Source: Camelus dromedarius | Taxonomy: Eukaryota | Reading direction: 5' to 3' | Assembly: GCF_036321535.1 (NCBI RefSeq) | Contig: NC_087436.1 | Location: 42,348,001 to 42,412,000 of the forward strand | DNA length: 64,000 nucleotides | In this document: positions 11,274-24,860 of the stretch, in pieces | How positions within the stretch are numbered: the first letter of the stretch is position 1 | How the letters are laid out: every line of letters starts with the position of its first letter | Translations under genes and position numbers: made by a program | Notes under the pieces: model-generated | What the model was told of the DNA's origin: nothing | Databases searched by the model: none | What the model saw: the letters and a program-made list of their open reading frames with translations, nothing else

Positions 11274-12484
11274 AGGTAAATATAATTTTTTAATGTAGGG
11301 TCAAATTTAGGCATTACTACATTTAAAGAGAAAATCCCTAAGATTAAGGTTGAATTAATTTTGCTTCCAGATATCATCCTAGTAATTTACTTCTCCCAGC
11401 AAGAAAGACCTTACACAGAAAAAGTATATTCCACAGGGGCCTCAGTCTAGTAAAAGAGAGTGTGTAGGATGTATATTACTTTTATATAATATCTAAACAC
11501 CTTTTAGAGAATTTCCTAAATCGTAATTTTTAAAATCAGAATCAGTTTCAGATACAAATACAAATAAAATTGAATATAGAATTCGGAAGTCATGATAATT
11601 AGCATAAATTTGCTTTAAAACAATGGTAAAATTTCTATGAACTAAATCTTAATATTACTGCTGGGCATAATCAAATATAAGCCAATTTTTTTTTCTCCTA
11701 AAACATTAACCCTCAGATAAAAGGATATAGTTACTTGATATCCAAGGTCTTAAAATTCTACTTATTGCTGTTCCTCTCTCAATTTACTAAATTTTGACTA
11801 ATCAAATACTGTTTGCAGACATTAGTCTTAAACCATGTATGTCAATACTAGTGTTAAAGGAGTAACTGAATAAATTGGTGAGAAAACAAGAAAAAACTTC
11901 ATACACATTTCTTCATTACTCTCACTGACGTGACATCATAATTAAAAGTTTTTGATTTTAAACAAGATTTCTAAAGTTTACTTAAAAAGCAAAGCAGAAA
12001 GTGTGGTTATGTTGGGGAGATTATAAACACATGTACATAGGATAATATAAAATAATGTTTAATGTTTTGTGATTGTATATTCTCAGGATAAATTTTCCAG
12101 TGAGAATAACATATATTGATCCAAAATGTGTTCTGTCTCAAAAAATGTGGACCAACAAAATTTTGTTCTGTCAACAAAAAGGATTCAACAAGTAACTCTG
12201 ATGGTGATGAGACTACTTTTGTAAGATACATATGAAGATGTTGAATAAAATATTTTTAAGAAATGTGAAAAGGTATATTTCTATATTAATAAGGTAATTA
12301 TATAAGTGATTTTGAATATATTTTATAACTTATTTAATAAATTAGATATTTAAAATTACTGTTATAATTGTATATTTCTAATTAAATATTAATATGATAT
12401 TGTTATTTTCGGTAATATGGTATAGTTAGTAAAAAACCCACAAACCTTTTGGATCTTGGGAAGATGGGAGATGGCTTTTTTTCA

Positions 12485-12675
12485 ATGTGTGTCTGCTGCC
12501 AGGAGCTAGTTTACCAGCCTGTGACAACAGATTGCCTCCACAATGTCTGTAAAGATTGCTTACAGCGCGCCTTTAAGGCCCAAGTGTTCTCCTGCCCTGC
12601 TTGCTGGCATGATCTTGGCCAGAATTACATCATGACTCCCAGTGAGATTCTGCAGAGTTTACTTTACCTTTTCTT
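12485..12675 (+). pseudogene. UHRF2: Processed fragment of UHRF2 encoding the C-terminal C3HC4 RING finger
   Basis: [63 protein letters not shown] is near-identical to the recalled UHRF2 C-terminus. It ends before the native ..FPGYSKGR stop; no UTR or poly(A). Confidence 0.92.
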
Positions 12676-13124
12676 AATTCTCCCAGAATAGCATTTAGTG
12701 GGACTATCAAAGTTGTATCAGAAGTTTAAACCCATGTCCTCTCCAGGAGAACATGGCAGAAATATGATAATACAATGATTCTCTTGGAGCCTATCTGCAA
12801 AAATTTAATTTTGACCCCTTCAGGCAAGCTCAGTCCAATATTTTGATTTAAAAGACTAGTCTTTTTTTAAAAAGTGCTATGTTTTTGGACGATTAGATCT
12901 AAAAATGTTATAAAAATTGAATATATTTGTAAAATTTTTTGGTTTCTACTCCCACTTCTGATCTCTTTTCCTGCGTAACCAATTCTTATGCCAAACTAGT
13001 TATCCCCAGCTAACCCCTTGTTTCTTCACATCTGTGGAAGATGTTATCATATATGCCTGGCAAATATGCCCTAGACCTTTGCTCTCTGAAGCACGGTCTA
13101 TGGTCACATATGGCTCACAGAAGA

Positions 13125-13610
13125 GCCGACTAGAAGTGCAGGCTCTCAGGTTGCACCCCAGACCTATTGTATCAGAATCTGCACTTTTAAAGAGTAACAT
13201 TAGATGGTTGGTTTGCACTTTAAAGTTTGAGGAACGCTCCTCTTGGGATTTCTTTGTCATTACTCTTCAGAACAACAGTTCTCAGCCCTAGTTGCACATC
13301 AGAATCACCTGTGGAACTTCCAAAATTCCCAGTCCTGATGCCCAGGCCACACACTTGTCTACAGCAGAATCACTAGAGGGGTCCAGGCATTAGTATATTT
13401 TAGACATGCCCAGATGAAGTACAATCAAAACTGAAACCCTTTAGAGTGAATCAGAATCACCTGGTGATATTCTCAAAGCACAGATTCCGGCCCTTAAATA
13501 CCCAGAATTCCTGATTTTGGTAAGGGATAGAATCTAAGATGTTGTGTCCTGAGAAAGTTCCAAACTGCTGTTGCTGCTGCACAGGTGGCCATGCTTTGAG
13601 AAATACTTAG
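13125..13610. mobile_element. Cluster of about three MER5A/MER5B (hAT-Charlie) fragments
   Basis: Repeated motifs atcagaatcacctg, caccccagaccta..atcagaatctgca, aaagtttgagga, ctttgagaaa. Confidence 0.75.
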
Positions 13611-13799
13611 AGGATGTGACTCCAAGGTGGAAATTTCAAAAATCATTGCCTAGGAAAAATATTACTCTATCTCCAGCCTGTCTCCTGCTATTTACCTTAT
13701 AAATAAATTGATGAATCCAATATTGATGAGCCTTCCGACAGACACCCTGAACTTCCTTACTCTGAAACCCGTATCTCTACTATTCGTCAGAAACCCAAT

Positions 13800-14735
13800 C
13801 ACGGAGTCACATCATGGCATTTTCAGCACCCAGAACAGTTCCACTTAAAAAAGGTCAAACTCCATACTAGATAGATACACTTGAGCACAAGAACCACTGA
13901 CAACATACTCCTCTTTCTGGATTTCTCATCCCAATAAATGACATCTCCATTTACTTCAGCTATGTGATCTATTATGTCCTAGAGTCACCTTTGATTATTT
14001 TTTTCTCTTTTACTTTATGTCCAGTATGCCAAGTTGTACTGATCATTTCCCTGAAACATCCTTAATTGTATCTTCTTTCTCTATTAGCCAAGAGCAGTCA
14101 GCTTAGTCTGTCTCTGCACAGATGATTGCATCTTTCCCTATCCTCATCCAGTGAGGCACTGACTGAATTGTGAAAATATAAACTGCTTGTCACACACAAA
14201 TCTTGCTTCCATAATTCAGAAGTGCCAATATTTCTCCATTACACATACAATAAAATCTAAAATAAATAGGGCACTCAGAATTCTTCCACAATCTTATCTT
14301 CTCCCTCAGTATACCTTTCCAATCTATCCCCCACAACTTTTTTTTCGTAAGCCTGCTAAATTTCCAAACCCACTGAATCCCTCATGATTCCATAAACATG
14401 CTACTTATTCCCAAACTTTTGCATATATCTGTATATGTATATATATATATGCAACTAGAATATATAATATATATTCTATGTTGTTCTATATAATTCCATA
14501 ATATATAACTAGAAATCCTCTTTTCATTGTTCTCCTTTTAAAATACAATTCAATTGTTAAGACTCAGAGCTCATTCCTTCAGTGCAGTCCTCTTCAGTAC
14601 CCTCAAGAGGAATTAGTATCTTATTCACTTAGCATTTTCCTTCTGATAGTTTTGCATCAATATGTCTGTCTTTATTCATAATAGTATCTCTCACAGCATT
14701 TAGAAATACCTGGCTCTCAAAAACTTGTTGAATTA
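13800..14735 (+). mobile_element. Degraded L2
   Basis: Pyrimidine-rich, with cctagagtcacctttga, ttaagactcag and a 3' end tggctctcaaaaacttgttgaat. Confidence 0.55.
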
Positions 14736-16954
14736 TTATTACATAAACAGCAGAATTATCATCAAATAGTAATTCTCTGTCTTTTAATATTGTTACTATG
14801 CCCTACTTCAAACATATACAAAAAAGAGAGAATCAGGGAAAAATTCTCTCTCTAGTGTAGGTGGGGAATCCTTTTCCATTAGTTTCTATGGATTAGACAA
14901 TCCTGATTATGCCATTAGCAGTTACTGCAGTATTCCTCTAAAAGAATAAGTTCCAAGTCATCAACCAGGATTCCAAAGCCATATTTCAGCCCATTTCTGT
15001 AATGAGAAAAGAACTGGGGTGCGAAAATAATGGGGAAAACTTTTTTTTCTCATTAGGTAACAGCTATGTTCCTCTGACTATCGAAAATAATAAATCTGAT
15101 CATCTCTTTTCTGCCAATTTCAAATACAGCTCTTTCACATATATTTTTACACCAACATCTAAATTAAGGGAGAAAATTTTCCTTTTTTTCCAGCTGAGCA
15201 AACTGAGACACAGATAAACTAAATAATTTTCACGTCGGATAATTAAGTATAAGTTCTAGCTAGCAGTCTGCTTTTTAACACACCAGGAGACTTTACAGAC
15301 GATAGCTGCTTTCCATTTCAGTTATGTGTGTAGTCTAGAGAAGGCTGAGAGAGTGGTAAGTGATACGATGTTTATTATACTACTGAAGCCCAGAACTGGA
15401 GGACTCAACTGCAGAATTAAACTAAAACCAACTTGATAGATATTAACCTAGCAAAAATTTACAAATTACTAATAGAAATTTAGTCATTGAATTATGTAAG
15501 TGTTTAGTATTACTAAATAGTAATTTAGCAGACAAATGTATTTCAAGAAAAATAAGTGAATCTTACTTCTTAAAAGGATCATTTGTTATACTCCCTGACT
15601 GAATGTCAGCATGAGGCAGAGTAAGAAAAAACATTATAACTAGTTCAGAGGTTACTCAGCTAATATTATGATATAATCACATAAGTTAATTCAGAAACAA
15701 TCAAATTATTCAGAATTTAGGTGAGAGGTAGAATATAAAATATATATGAACAGCTTCATAAAGTTTATTATGTTGTTCCCTGCCTTAATAAAGACAGTAG
15801 ATTGAATGTATTTAAGCATTTACTTGGTGACTCAGGGTAATTACTTTATATCAATTCTGTATTATAATACAGAAACATTTCTCCCCCTATCCTTGACTTG
15901 ATACTTTGTGTAAGCCATATCTTGCTTTTTGCCAAAAATTCTGGCAGACATCTTCGCTGTTCTAATTGCTCCTATGTCTTCTTCTCTATGACCTGTCACT
16001 TGTTACTGCTGCCAGACTTTTTTTGTTTCTTCGTTATCCCATGGCTCATTTCTCTAGGTGTAAATTAGGATGGATTTGAGGATTATCAGGAGATTTCAGA
16101 AACCAAACCATAAAAACTATCAGAAAAATGCTGTCAAATACAGAGAGTTGCTCTTTTCATTGAGAAACTAGTGTGTTGGGGGGAAACCCAGTAAAAGAAC
16201 AGAATCTGTCCCAGCAAAAGAAGGAAGAGCTATCACACTGGAGATGAAATCACAAAGGGACTCTGATTGGCATACCAAAAGCATCCTGGATTATTCTGAG
16301 TATCTTGGACACAGGGAAATAAATGTGACCTTGTAAGTTACTGAGACCTGCGTGTTGCCCTATTGAGGAAAGAAAACAGACTTTAGAGCCTGAGACCATC
16401 TCTGAGTTTAGAGGTGAAGTTTTAAAGGAGCCACTTTCTCTGAAAGAATGAGATTAGGATTGTACTACAGATGAAACAAGGCTAGCAAGACAGCACATGC
16501 AGGAGTTTTAGAGATTATAACACACTTTCTTGAACATTAGCAACCAGTCTTAGGTTTCCTGTCCATCTCCCAAACCATGATTTCAGATTAAAATTCCCTC
16601 TGGTTATCATGAAATCTTTACTGAGTCTGTAACCTTTATTCTAGGTGCAGGTATAAGAAATCCTGGGAGAGGGCAGTAAAGAGAAGTCAGACTTTCCCTG
16701 TATGACAATCACAGCATGAAAACGAGAGGATGGTGGCACTGGTGTTCTGGAGGGTTGTAAGCAGCTTTTGGCAGTTAAGTGCTCTTTGCAGAAAAGAGCT
16801 CTCTGCAGGAGGGCCCTTTTGTTTTGTCACTTCAGCAAAGCTATATTTTAACTAACCTCTGGCCCAAGCACACCCTTCAAATTTTTTGATCACATAATAC
16901 TTTGCCTAACCTGCTGGTGCCTTCCTAGATCAAAGAAGTAAAAATGAAGAATAA

Positions 16955-17310
16955 GTAATGAACAGATGACCAGAACTTTCCCCCAGCTTCTCCTTCAGTA
17001 ATCTCGCAGAACAAACTGTGAATGAGACAGCATCTAAAGACAGATCACAAGGAGTAGACCAGCCTGCATGCAATGGGAGATGGCCACAAGTCTGACCCCC
17101 ATCTCAATGACTAACTGAGATCACTTCCCCTTTTTTCCTTTAAAAACTTTCATGGCTGAGCAGAATCTTCGGAGTTGGTTTTGGGACACAAGCCTGCCTT
17201 CTCCCAAGAATGCCAGCTTTCTGATTAAAGCAAACATTCTGTTTAACCCAGCACTTGCCTCTTGAGTACTGACTTTCCAGCAGCCAGCAGCCAAACCTAA
17301 GTTTAGCAAC
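16955..17310 (+). mobile_element. ERV1-class solo LTR
   Basis: TATA-like cctttaaaaac, ggagttggttttgggacac, poly(A) signal attaaa, terminus ..ttagcaaca; 5' boundary uncertain. Confidence 0.65.
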
Positions 17311-17778
17311 AGAGTTAACCATAGTGAAGTACCCCAGGCAGCCCTGAGAGTGGCAGGGAGAAGAAGGCAGTGTGGAGAAGCATCTGCCACTTGGTTTGAC
17401 TGAAGGCATGTACGAAATATACCTTTTTTACTGCTTACTATACCGTAGAAAGGTGACCCTTAACAGGAGAGGTCACAAGTTACAATTTGAATTATAATAA
17501 ACAGACTTTATAACTACTATAACTAAACAGACTTTATTTCATTAATTTAACTTACAGTGTTTTCTTGATTTGTTCAAGATCATTTCAGAAGTCAGAGGTT
17601 GCTGTAAAGCTCTTGTTTGTTTAGTGGTCACTTTAAGCACCAATACAGTCATACAGGTTTGCCAAAGCTAGTTAAAGATAAAAATCTGGGGCGCTCTAGA
17701 AAGTGAGTGTCTGTTGCCCTGGAGCCACACAGTAATTAACCACGAACGCACGCACGCACAAATACACAGGTGAAAGAT

Positions 17779-17865
17779 AAAGAAAGAAAAAAGAAAGAGA
17801 GAAAGAAAGAAAGGAAGGAAGGAAGGAAGGAAGGAAGGAAGGAAGGAAGGAAGGAAGGAAGAAAG

Positions 17866-17936
<71 letters not shown>

Positions 17937-17980
17937 AAAGAAAAGAAAAGAAAAGAAAAGAAAAGAAAAGAAAAGAAAGA
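17779..17980 (+). repeat. Compound microsatellite (GGAA)n-(GAAA)n-(GAAAA)n, 202-bp pure purine tract
   Basis: Directly visible; no pyrimidine on the + strand between 17779 and 17980. Confidence 0.98.
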
Positions 17981-18402
17981 CAATGCAGTCTGCACTGTAA
18001 ATCATTTCCCTATTTTTATAATGTGCACATTTAGACATTTTGCTGGTCTAAATTATCCTTATCTGTTAAAGGCATACATCATGTTCTTCCCAAGCAAACT
18101 GATGTAATTAATATTTAAATGTCTAAGGTGGATTACAGTACATTAGAGGTACATTTTAAGATCGTATTATTTCTCTTTGGGAGATTTTACACTCTGTTAG
18201 GGAAGTATAGTTTGTTATTAATCATTAACTAGAATGAATTGAAGAACCATATTGAAATTGCAACACAAGGATTACTTTGCTACTGGGAATTAGAAGATAG
18301 AGTAAGAGTTTGGAATTAATCAAGCCCAAAGTTTTGGTATCTTTGAATGTGTATCTTTCTGAACCAAATTTTAGAATGGAGTGTTGATGTTTTTGTGTCA
18401 AT

Positions 18403-18626
18403 CGCTATGCTGTCTAATATGGTAGCCATTAACCCTATTTGAATATAAGTTTAATTACAGTTAAATAAAATTAAAATTTTATTTTTCAGTCACACTAACT
18501 GTATTTCAAATGCCTAACAGCCACATGTGGCTAGTGGCTACCATATTGAACAATACAGATACAGAACATTTCCATCATCTCAGGAATAAAGAGATTTCCA
18601 TCATCTCTTTATTTAATAGTGCTGCT
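18403..18626. mobile_element. MER3/MER33 (hAT-Charlie) MITE
   Basis: gctgtctaatatggtagcca..agccacatgtggctagtggctaccatattgaaca..agaacatttccatcatc. Confidence 0.85.
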
Positions 18627-20956
18627 GTATAGGATTATTTTCCTTTTCCTTTTTTCCTTCTACATTGCCTAGGTATACATTAAAATGTAAGCCATTATTT
18701 CAACATTTGAGAATGGCATATCCCAATACTCTGACTAGCAAAAGAAAGACAGTTTAGTGATACAAACACATTTTCCCCTGCTCCCCTTTTCTTTCTTGGA
18801 CTTAAGACACAATAAAGTTCAAATGCTTTCAGAACTCATTCAGTCCTCATGTTTAGCTAGGTTATGACCATGCCCCTGAGAAAAGGTAATGCAGTTGTTT
18901 ATCCTACCTGCGTGCTGGGGTATTACTTTTTGAATTCAGTCTTGGGGAATGACAACATACAATTTGGCAATTAACACACAATTAAAGAAAAATGCATTCC
19001 CCTTCCCTGCCAGGTAACAGGAGAGCACAGAAACATATACTTGCTCATGGAAACATCAAATAATGCCATGAATTAAAGATCCCTGCACCAAATTCATATC
19101 TCTTCTGTGAATTCCCAATGAGTATTAAATTTAAATACCTCTCAGTTTCTCACCATACAGCCATCAGGACAAACATAAGGTATTTATTGGTATTATTTAC
19201 TTTCTCTTTTCCCAGATAATTGTGTTTTGAAAATGTAATCAAGACTAGGAATTGCCTTCATTCAGGCAGAGATGTGATTTAGTTAAATAGGAACCTTTAT
19301 TTTTAGTATAACCAATTAAGAAATGCTCTATGTGTCTGAAGATGAGACATCTACTAACTGGTCTGAGGCATCTCATTAATGTACTTAGACAGTGGACAGA
19401 GAGGTTCTAGTTTGAATGCCAGTCTATAATAGCCACAAAGATGTTTGAAAAATTTTTGGCATCCCAGAGCAAGTGATAAACACCAAGACTTCGCAGGTTT
19501 CTAGGGAGCTGTTGGAAAAAAAAAATACACCAGAGGTTTAGCTGTGGATTAGTTGTGCCTTGAGCACTCAGCAATTAGGATTTCTATCAAGATTTGAAAG
19601 CAATGCCATCTGATAGTCATTAACTTGAATTATCAGAATGCCTTAGAAGCTACTGAACTTTCTAAAGACTGTGTCCTTTATCCAGTCCTCTGCCTCTATA
19701 TACACTTTCTCATTGGTCAGAGTATGTTTCCTTAACTGTTTCAGAAGTCTGGTCGACCCAAATATACAACTGTAATGTCTCAAATAAAGAATATAGGACT
19801 ATCATTTACTGAGTGTCATGTTGCACTCAACTCGAATACTATGCAGTTAAGATTTGACATATAGTTAATATGGTTTGCTTGGATGAGTTACTTGAATATT
19901 GTCAAGAATATACAAGGAACCCATTTATACAAACCACAATTACTGTCCCTGATGATGGATTTTGGCGATGAAAATGAAAGGATAGCTTAGCGAAGACACC
20001 TCCGGTAAAACTGTGGCAAAAACCTGCCTCAAATGGCCTCTCTATTAGCCTGTCTCACATATTCACATCACGTCATGATGATGCTTGAGATGTTACCAAG
20101 TTGAACTTTACCAAGTCAAAAAACCTTTTCTCTTTTATAATAGGAAATCTTGTCAGAAGGGTAAAATGACCAGTACAATAAGCTAGTAAAAATTACTTCA
20201 ACCAGATTGTTCTCAGTATACTAAGACCTTGCTCGTACCATCTAAACCATGGGAGAAATGGGATGTTGAACATAAAGGTGGGAAATTAGTTGGAAAACTA
20301 ATATGTAGCAGGAGCATCTTATTTATCTGTAGTTAAGAATAGGGAGGTTCAGGGGTATAACTTAGGAGGTAGTGACCAGGAGTTGTAGGATTGCTCTGTG
20401 TCTAACCATACCTGTGATTTAGAAGACCCAGTGACCCTGTAAGTTAGCTCAGGGAATCAAGGAATAGCAGAGAACAGATAGTCTTGATCCTTCATAACAG
20501 CCCCACGTGTGCTAACATTAGTAAGCTTCTTAATTACTTTGCATCAAAAAAAGGGAGAGATCGATTTATTGGGAGAGACCCTTATATACCATATATATAT
20601 GGCCAGTCCATATACCATATATTTAAACATGTTAAAGTTATAAATCAGAATAATAAACTGTTATATCATATAGTCCCCTCTAGACAAATATATATTCATA
20701 ATTAAAAAATTAAAAATAGAAGTAAAATCATTGTTTTTAAGTATTGAAAGTTGGCACAAGAGAAATCAGTCTTAAATCTGCTGTTGCCCACCTTTTGATG
20801 TTCTATTGATGCGCTGAAAATGTTTGAGTAATAAATGAAATATTGATAATTTATAAATGATTTTATATTTATCTCATAAGATTTATTTCTTATTTTATAC
20901 ACAGCAAAATCACTCTTCTGTAATAATCAAGATATTCACATAACTTTTTTCCCTCA

Positions 20957-21445
20957 TGGCAGACAGAATTCTAAGATGACCCCTCAAAGTATCCTAAACC
21001 CTAGTGTACCAGGGGCTCCCATTTATTGCCTTCAACCAAGGACTAGTCTAGAAATTGCTGTGAAGGGATTTTGCAAATATAATTAAGATCTAAAATCTGT
21101 TGACCTTAAAACAGAGAGATTATTTGGGTGGGCATGACCTAATCACATGAGCCCTTTAAAAGCTGAGGTCAAAGAGAAAGTCAGGGACTCAAAGCATGAG
21201 AAGATTCATTGTACTGTTTCTGGCTTCTAGATGGACAAAGCTACATGACAAGGAATGCAGGCTATCTCTGAAGCTAAGAGCAAACCTCAGTCCAGCCAAC
21301 ATCTTAGTATCAGCCCTGTGCTATCCTGAGCATGAACTCAACCACAGTGTACTGGACTTCTAACCCACAGAACTGTATGCAAAAATGAGTGTTATTTTAA
21401 GCCACCAAGTGATAATTTGTTGTGTATCAATAGAAAACTAATACA
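20957..21445 (+). mobile_element. MaLR LTR, MLT1E-like solo LTR
   Basis: ggcagacagaattctaagatgacccc..gtgaagggattttgcaaatataattaag..gacctaatcacatgagccctttaaaag..ttttaagccac..aatagaaaactaataca. Confidence 0.85.
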
Positions 21446-23854
21446 CTTTCATTAAAAAGTTATATTAATGACATTTTTAGGGCAATGTAATTGAATGTCA
21501 CTTTACTTTTTAAATCTTGGTTCAAAATTTTGTCATATAAAGGTTAGAAGATCTGATTGAGGTTATTCTGATACTTGGCTTTCTTCACTGTAGCTAATAA
21601 AGATCTCACAATGATGTATCAGTCTTGACTGAACTTACTAAATAATGATAATTAGTTTTTTTATTGCTCTCCATTCATTATACAAAGCCTTCTGCTGAAA
21701 TTCAAGAAGCAAATGTTTTATTTCCTAATGTTTGTTAATCAGTTATTCTGGAAACTAATCAGAAGATATTATATTTTTGTATTTGTAATAAATGTGTTCA
21801 AACTTAACTAAAATTCTTTTTAAAGTAGCAGCTAGAGACTCAAGCCAGGCAGATAATATTCTTCCCTCTTAATGTTTCATTTTATACAATTTAGTAGGAT
21901 TCCTTGACGTTTAAAATCTCAATCTTGTTACTGAAAATAATTTAATACAGTTGTTTAAAGCAAAGTTTTTGAAATCAGACCTTTATTCAAATCTTAATCC
22001 TACTGCTTATCAGGACATTGTGAGGAGGCTCCTAATTGTTTACATGTGAAAATGATTCTCTGTCTAACCTCATGTAAATAAAAAAATACCAAATCCGTCT
22101 AGAGTGATTCTAATAATGTTACTCAGTTAAAGTGGCAATCAGGAAAGTGAATTCAGAGTGTGCTACGAATTAGTAAAAATTTCTCAAATATATAAGCAAA
22201 GTAATGATATAATTATAGGAAACCATACAGCATTCCTGTTTCCAATTGAAATCTTATACAGCTCTGCTTAGATAAATTCCTGATAAAGATGAGATGGCAA
22301 GGATATAGGCATTTCTCTCATGATTGTAACTTAAATAGAGATTTTTCCAAGACTATTTTCTTGTGGGTCTCAAAAGAATTTTTGAAATATATATATCTAC
22401 TAGATATATAAATTTATGTATATTCCTGGGTGGTAAACAATGGGGTATTCATAGTCTTTAGGAAACAATGGAATTTCATTGAATGCAAAATCATGTTAAA
22501 TTTGTGTCTATCTGATTCAGCAGATGTCTGTGTTTGCATTTCAGGAGCACATGGTGATATTTATATAAAGTGTTTACGTTTATAACATGTTGGGAGGCTT
22601 GCTTCTTTGGGCAGAGGATGAGTTACATATTTTATCCATAAGTACAAATTTATTCCTAGTTAGTGCTAACTTGCTTTCTAAATATTTTCCTCAAGATAAA
22701 TTACAGGCAGTTCTAAAATGAAATATATGCAAGCATGAATGAAAGACACACTAACAGACGATTGCTTACATTAGTGTCTGTAGCTAAACAAGTATTGGCA
22801 ATTGCACTGGACTATTCAGGGGAAAATATTCATATCAGGAAGAAAGATGGCTCATTTTTCTCTGTATTGATTTCTGTGGTTGCTAAAGGAGCAAGGCTTG
22901 CTCATAACTTTCACAGGCAATTCACGTAATTCATTCTACGTGTTAAAGTTTTTTTTTAAATATCCATTCTTAATCCATCTAAACCTATTTTCTAACCCTA
23001 TCTCCAAAAAGAACTCTTCATTTAAAGAAGATTGTGTTTCCATGTTCTTGGCCCTTTCTGACATACCTGTTTATTTGTGCGGAGGGCCAGCAACTCGATA
23101 TTCCTCTCTTAAATTTCTTTTCCTTTTCAGTAGCAAAGAAATCTCAGGGATATCCCCATAATTATTTTACCATGTTTCTTTAAAGGAAAAAATTGGTATC
23201 CCTTTACTACAAATAGTACTCAATAGAACTTTGGAGACACTTCCCTGGTAGTTCTAACACTAGGTTCTTTCAAGTTTAAAAGAAACATATTTTCCTTTAA
23301 TTGCCCTCAGTTGAATTTTGTAGAGCTATCTGACTTCCTGGAAATTTTCAGGTAAAATGCTATACATGTTCCCAAAAAGGGGGATAATTTCTGACTTGGA
23401 GGTTTATTTTGGTTTATGCACTATTTGCTTATAAAGCAGCATATTCACTTATGTAAGCTTTTTTTAAATAAAAAGTCAGAAAAGCTATTTCAAGGAAAGA
23501 CAAGAATTCTTTATTTTTATTTTCTTAAGTTGAGATAATAATTACATAAAAATGTAAAAATTAACCTCCATAGTTTTTGGAGGTTAATTTTAACATTTTT
23601 AAAAAATTTTTACATTTTTGATACAGGTTTCTCTTAGAAGTCCTGGGGTTCTTTTCATAGAGAAAAGCTAAGTTCAATTTTATTTGAGTATTTTGAAGAT
23701 ATAAGGAATTAAGGGACTTATTTGAGTACTTAACTATTTAATTTTATCATATATTTTAATTGCATTGTGATATTTCTGAATTTTCTACCATGTATTTTTT
23801 CTTTTTCCTTCCAAAATAGATGGCAAACATGTGACAATGTCTTCTACATTATTG

Positions 23855-24860
23855 CTATTTAATTCCTGCTCTGTATCTCATCGTCTACTCAAAATGTCTT
23901 CCTGAATGTTTAATAAGCATCTCAAACCTGATAATCTCAAATATGAACTCTTTGATCCCTAATTCCACCTCTAAAGCCCCATCCTCCTTTCCTATTTTAG
24001 TGAAAAGTCTACTTCTTTCTTCCAGTTTTTAGGCAAAAAAATCTCAGACGCATCCTTAACGTTCTCTGTCTCTCACATCCCATATTTAATCTATCAGTGT
24101 ATCCTATTAGCTCACCCTTCAATATTTATCCAATATTTCACCACCTCTACTGCTACAACTACGCATGAACACTTCACCATTGTCCCTTTCCTGGACAGTT
24201 GCAACTCTCCTCCACGGCTTTTTCACTTTCATCTTTGTACAACTACAGTTTCTTCTCAACACAACAATTACAGCAATCCTTTAAAGAAGTAGTAGATCTC
24301 ATCACTCTCCTGTGCAAAACCAGCCAGTGCTTATCATTTCATGCACAGTAAAACCCAAGGCTCCTGCAAAGGCCTGCACATTCCTTCTGGATCTGTCCAC
24401 ACCTCCGCACCTCCTGGAACTCACCCTCCGTACTGCACCCCTCTTACTCCTTACTGCCACACTGAATTCCTTACTGCTTCTCCAACGGGTCAGGGATGCT
24501 CTATCTCAGGATTTTTGCATTTTCTCTTCTCCTGTCTGCAATGTTCTACCCCAAATTGGCTCACTTCGTCACTTCCTTTGGTCTGTTTTCAAATGTCATC
24601 TTATCAGAGAAATCTTCCCAGATCACTCTATATAAAATAGCACCATCTTATCATGACCTATCTCTAATCCCTTATCCTGTTATATTTTTCTTTGGACTGC
24701 ACTTAGTACCAACTGACCTGTTGTGTATTTCTTAGAATTTGTTTTGAGTTTTTCTCTACCTCCATTATATTATAAACTCCATGAAACTGGGACTTTGTTT
24801 GGTTTTCTTTGTGTCCCAGTGCCTGGTAAACAGACTCCCCACAAGCATTAACTGGAAGGG
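23855..24860 (+). mobile_element. L2a 3' portion
   Basis: ctgtatctcatcgtctactc..aagcatctcaaac..ctcacatcccatatttaatc..tcaaatgtcatcttatcagaga..taaactccatga..cccagtgcctgg. Confidence 0.85.

Noticed and set aside
16100..16710. Possible very old LTR ending ..tatgaca
   Set aside because: Too diverged to assign by eye; the same applies to about 28690-29110 and 54230-55090.
17696..18038. ORFs rich in K/E/R or F/L/S
   Set aside because: Translations of the GAAA/GGAA microsatellite.
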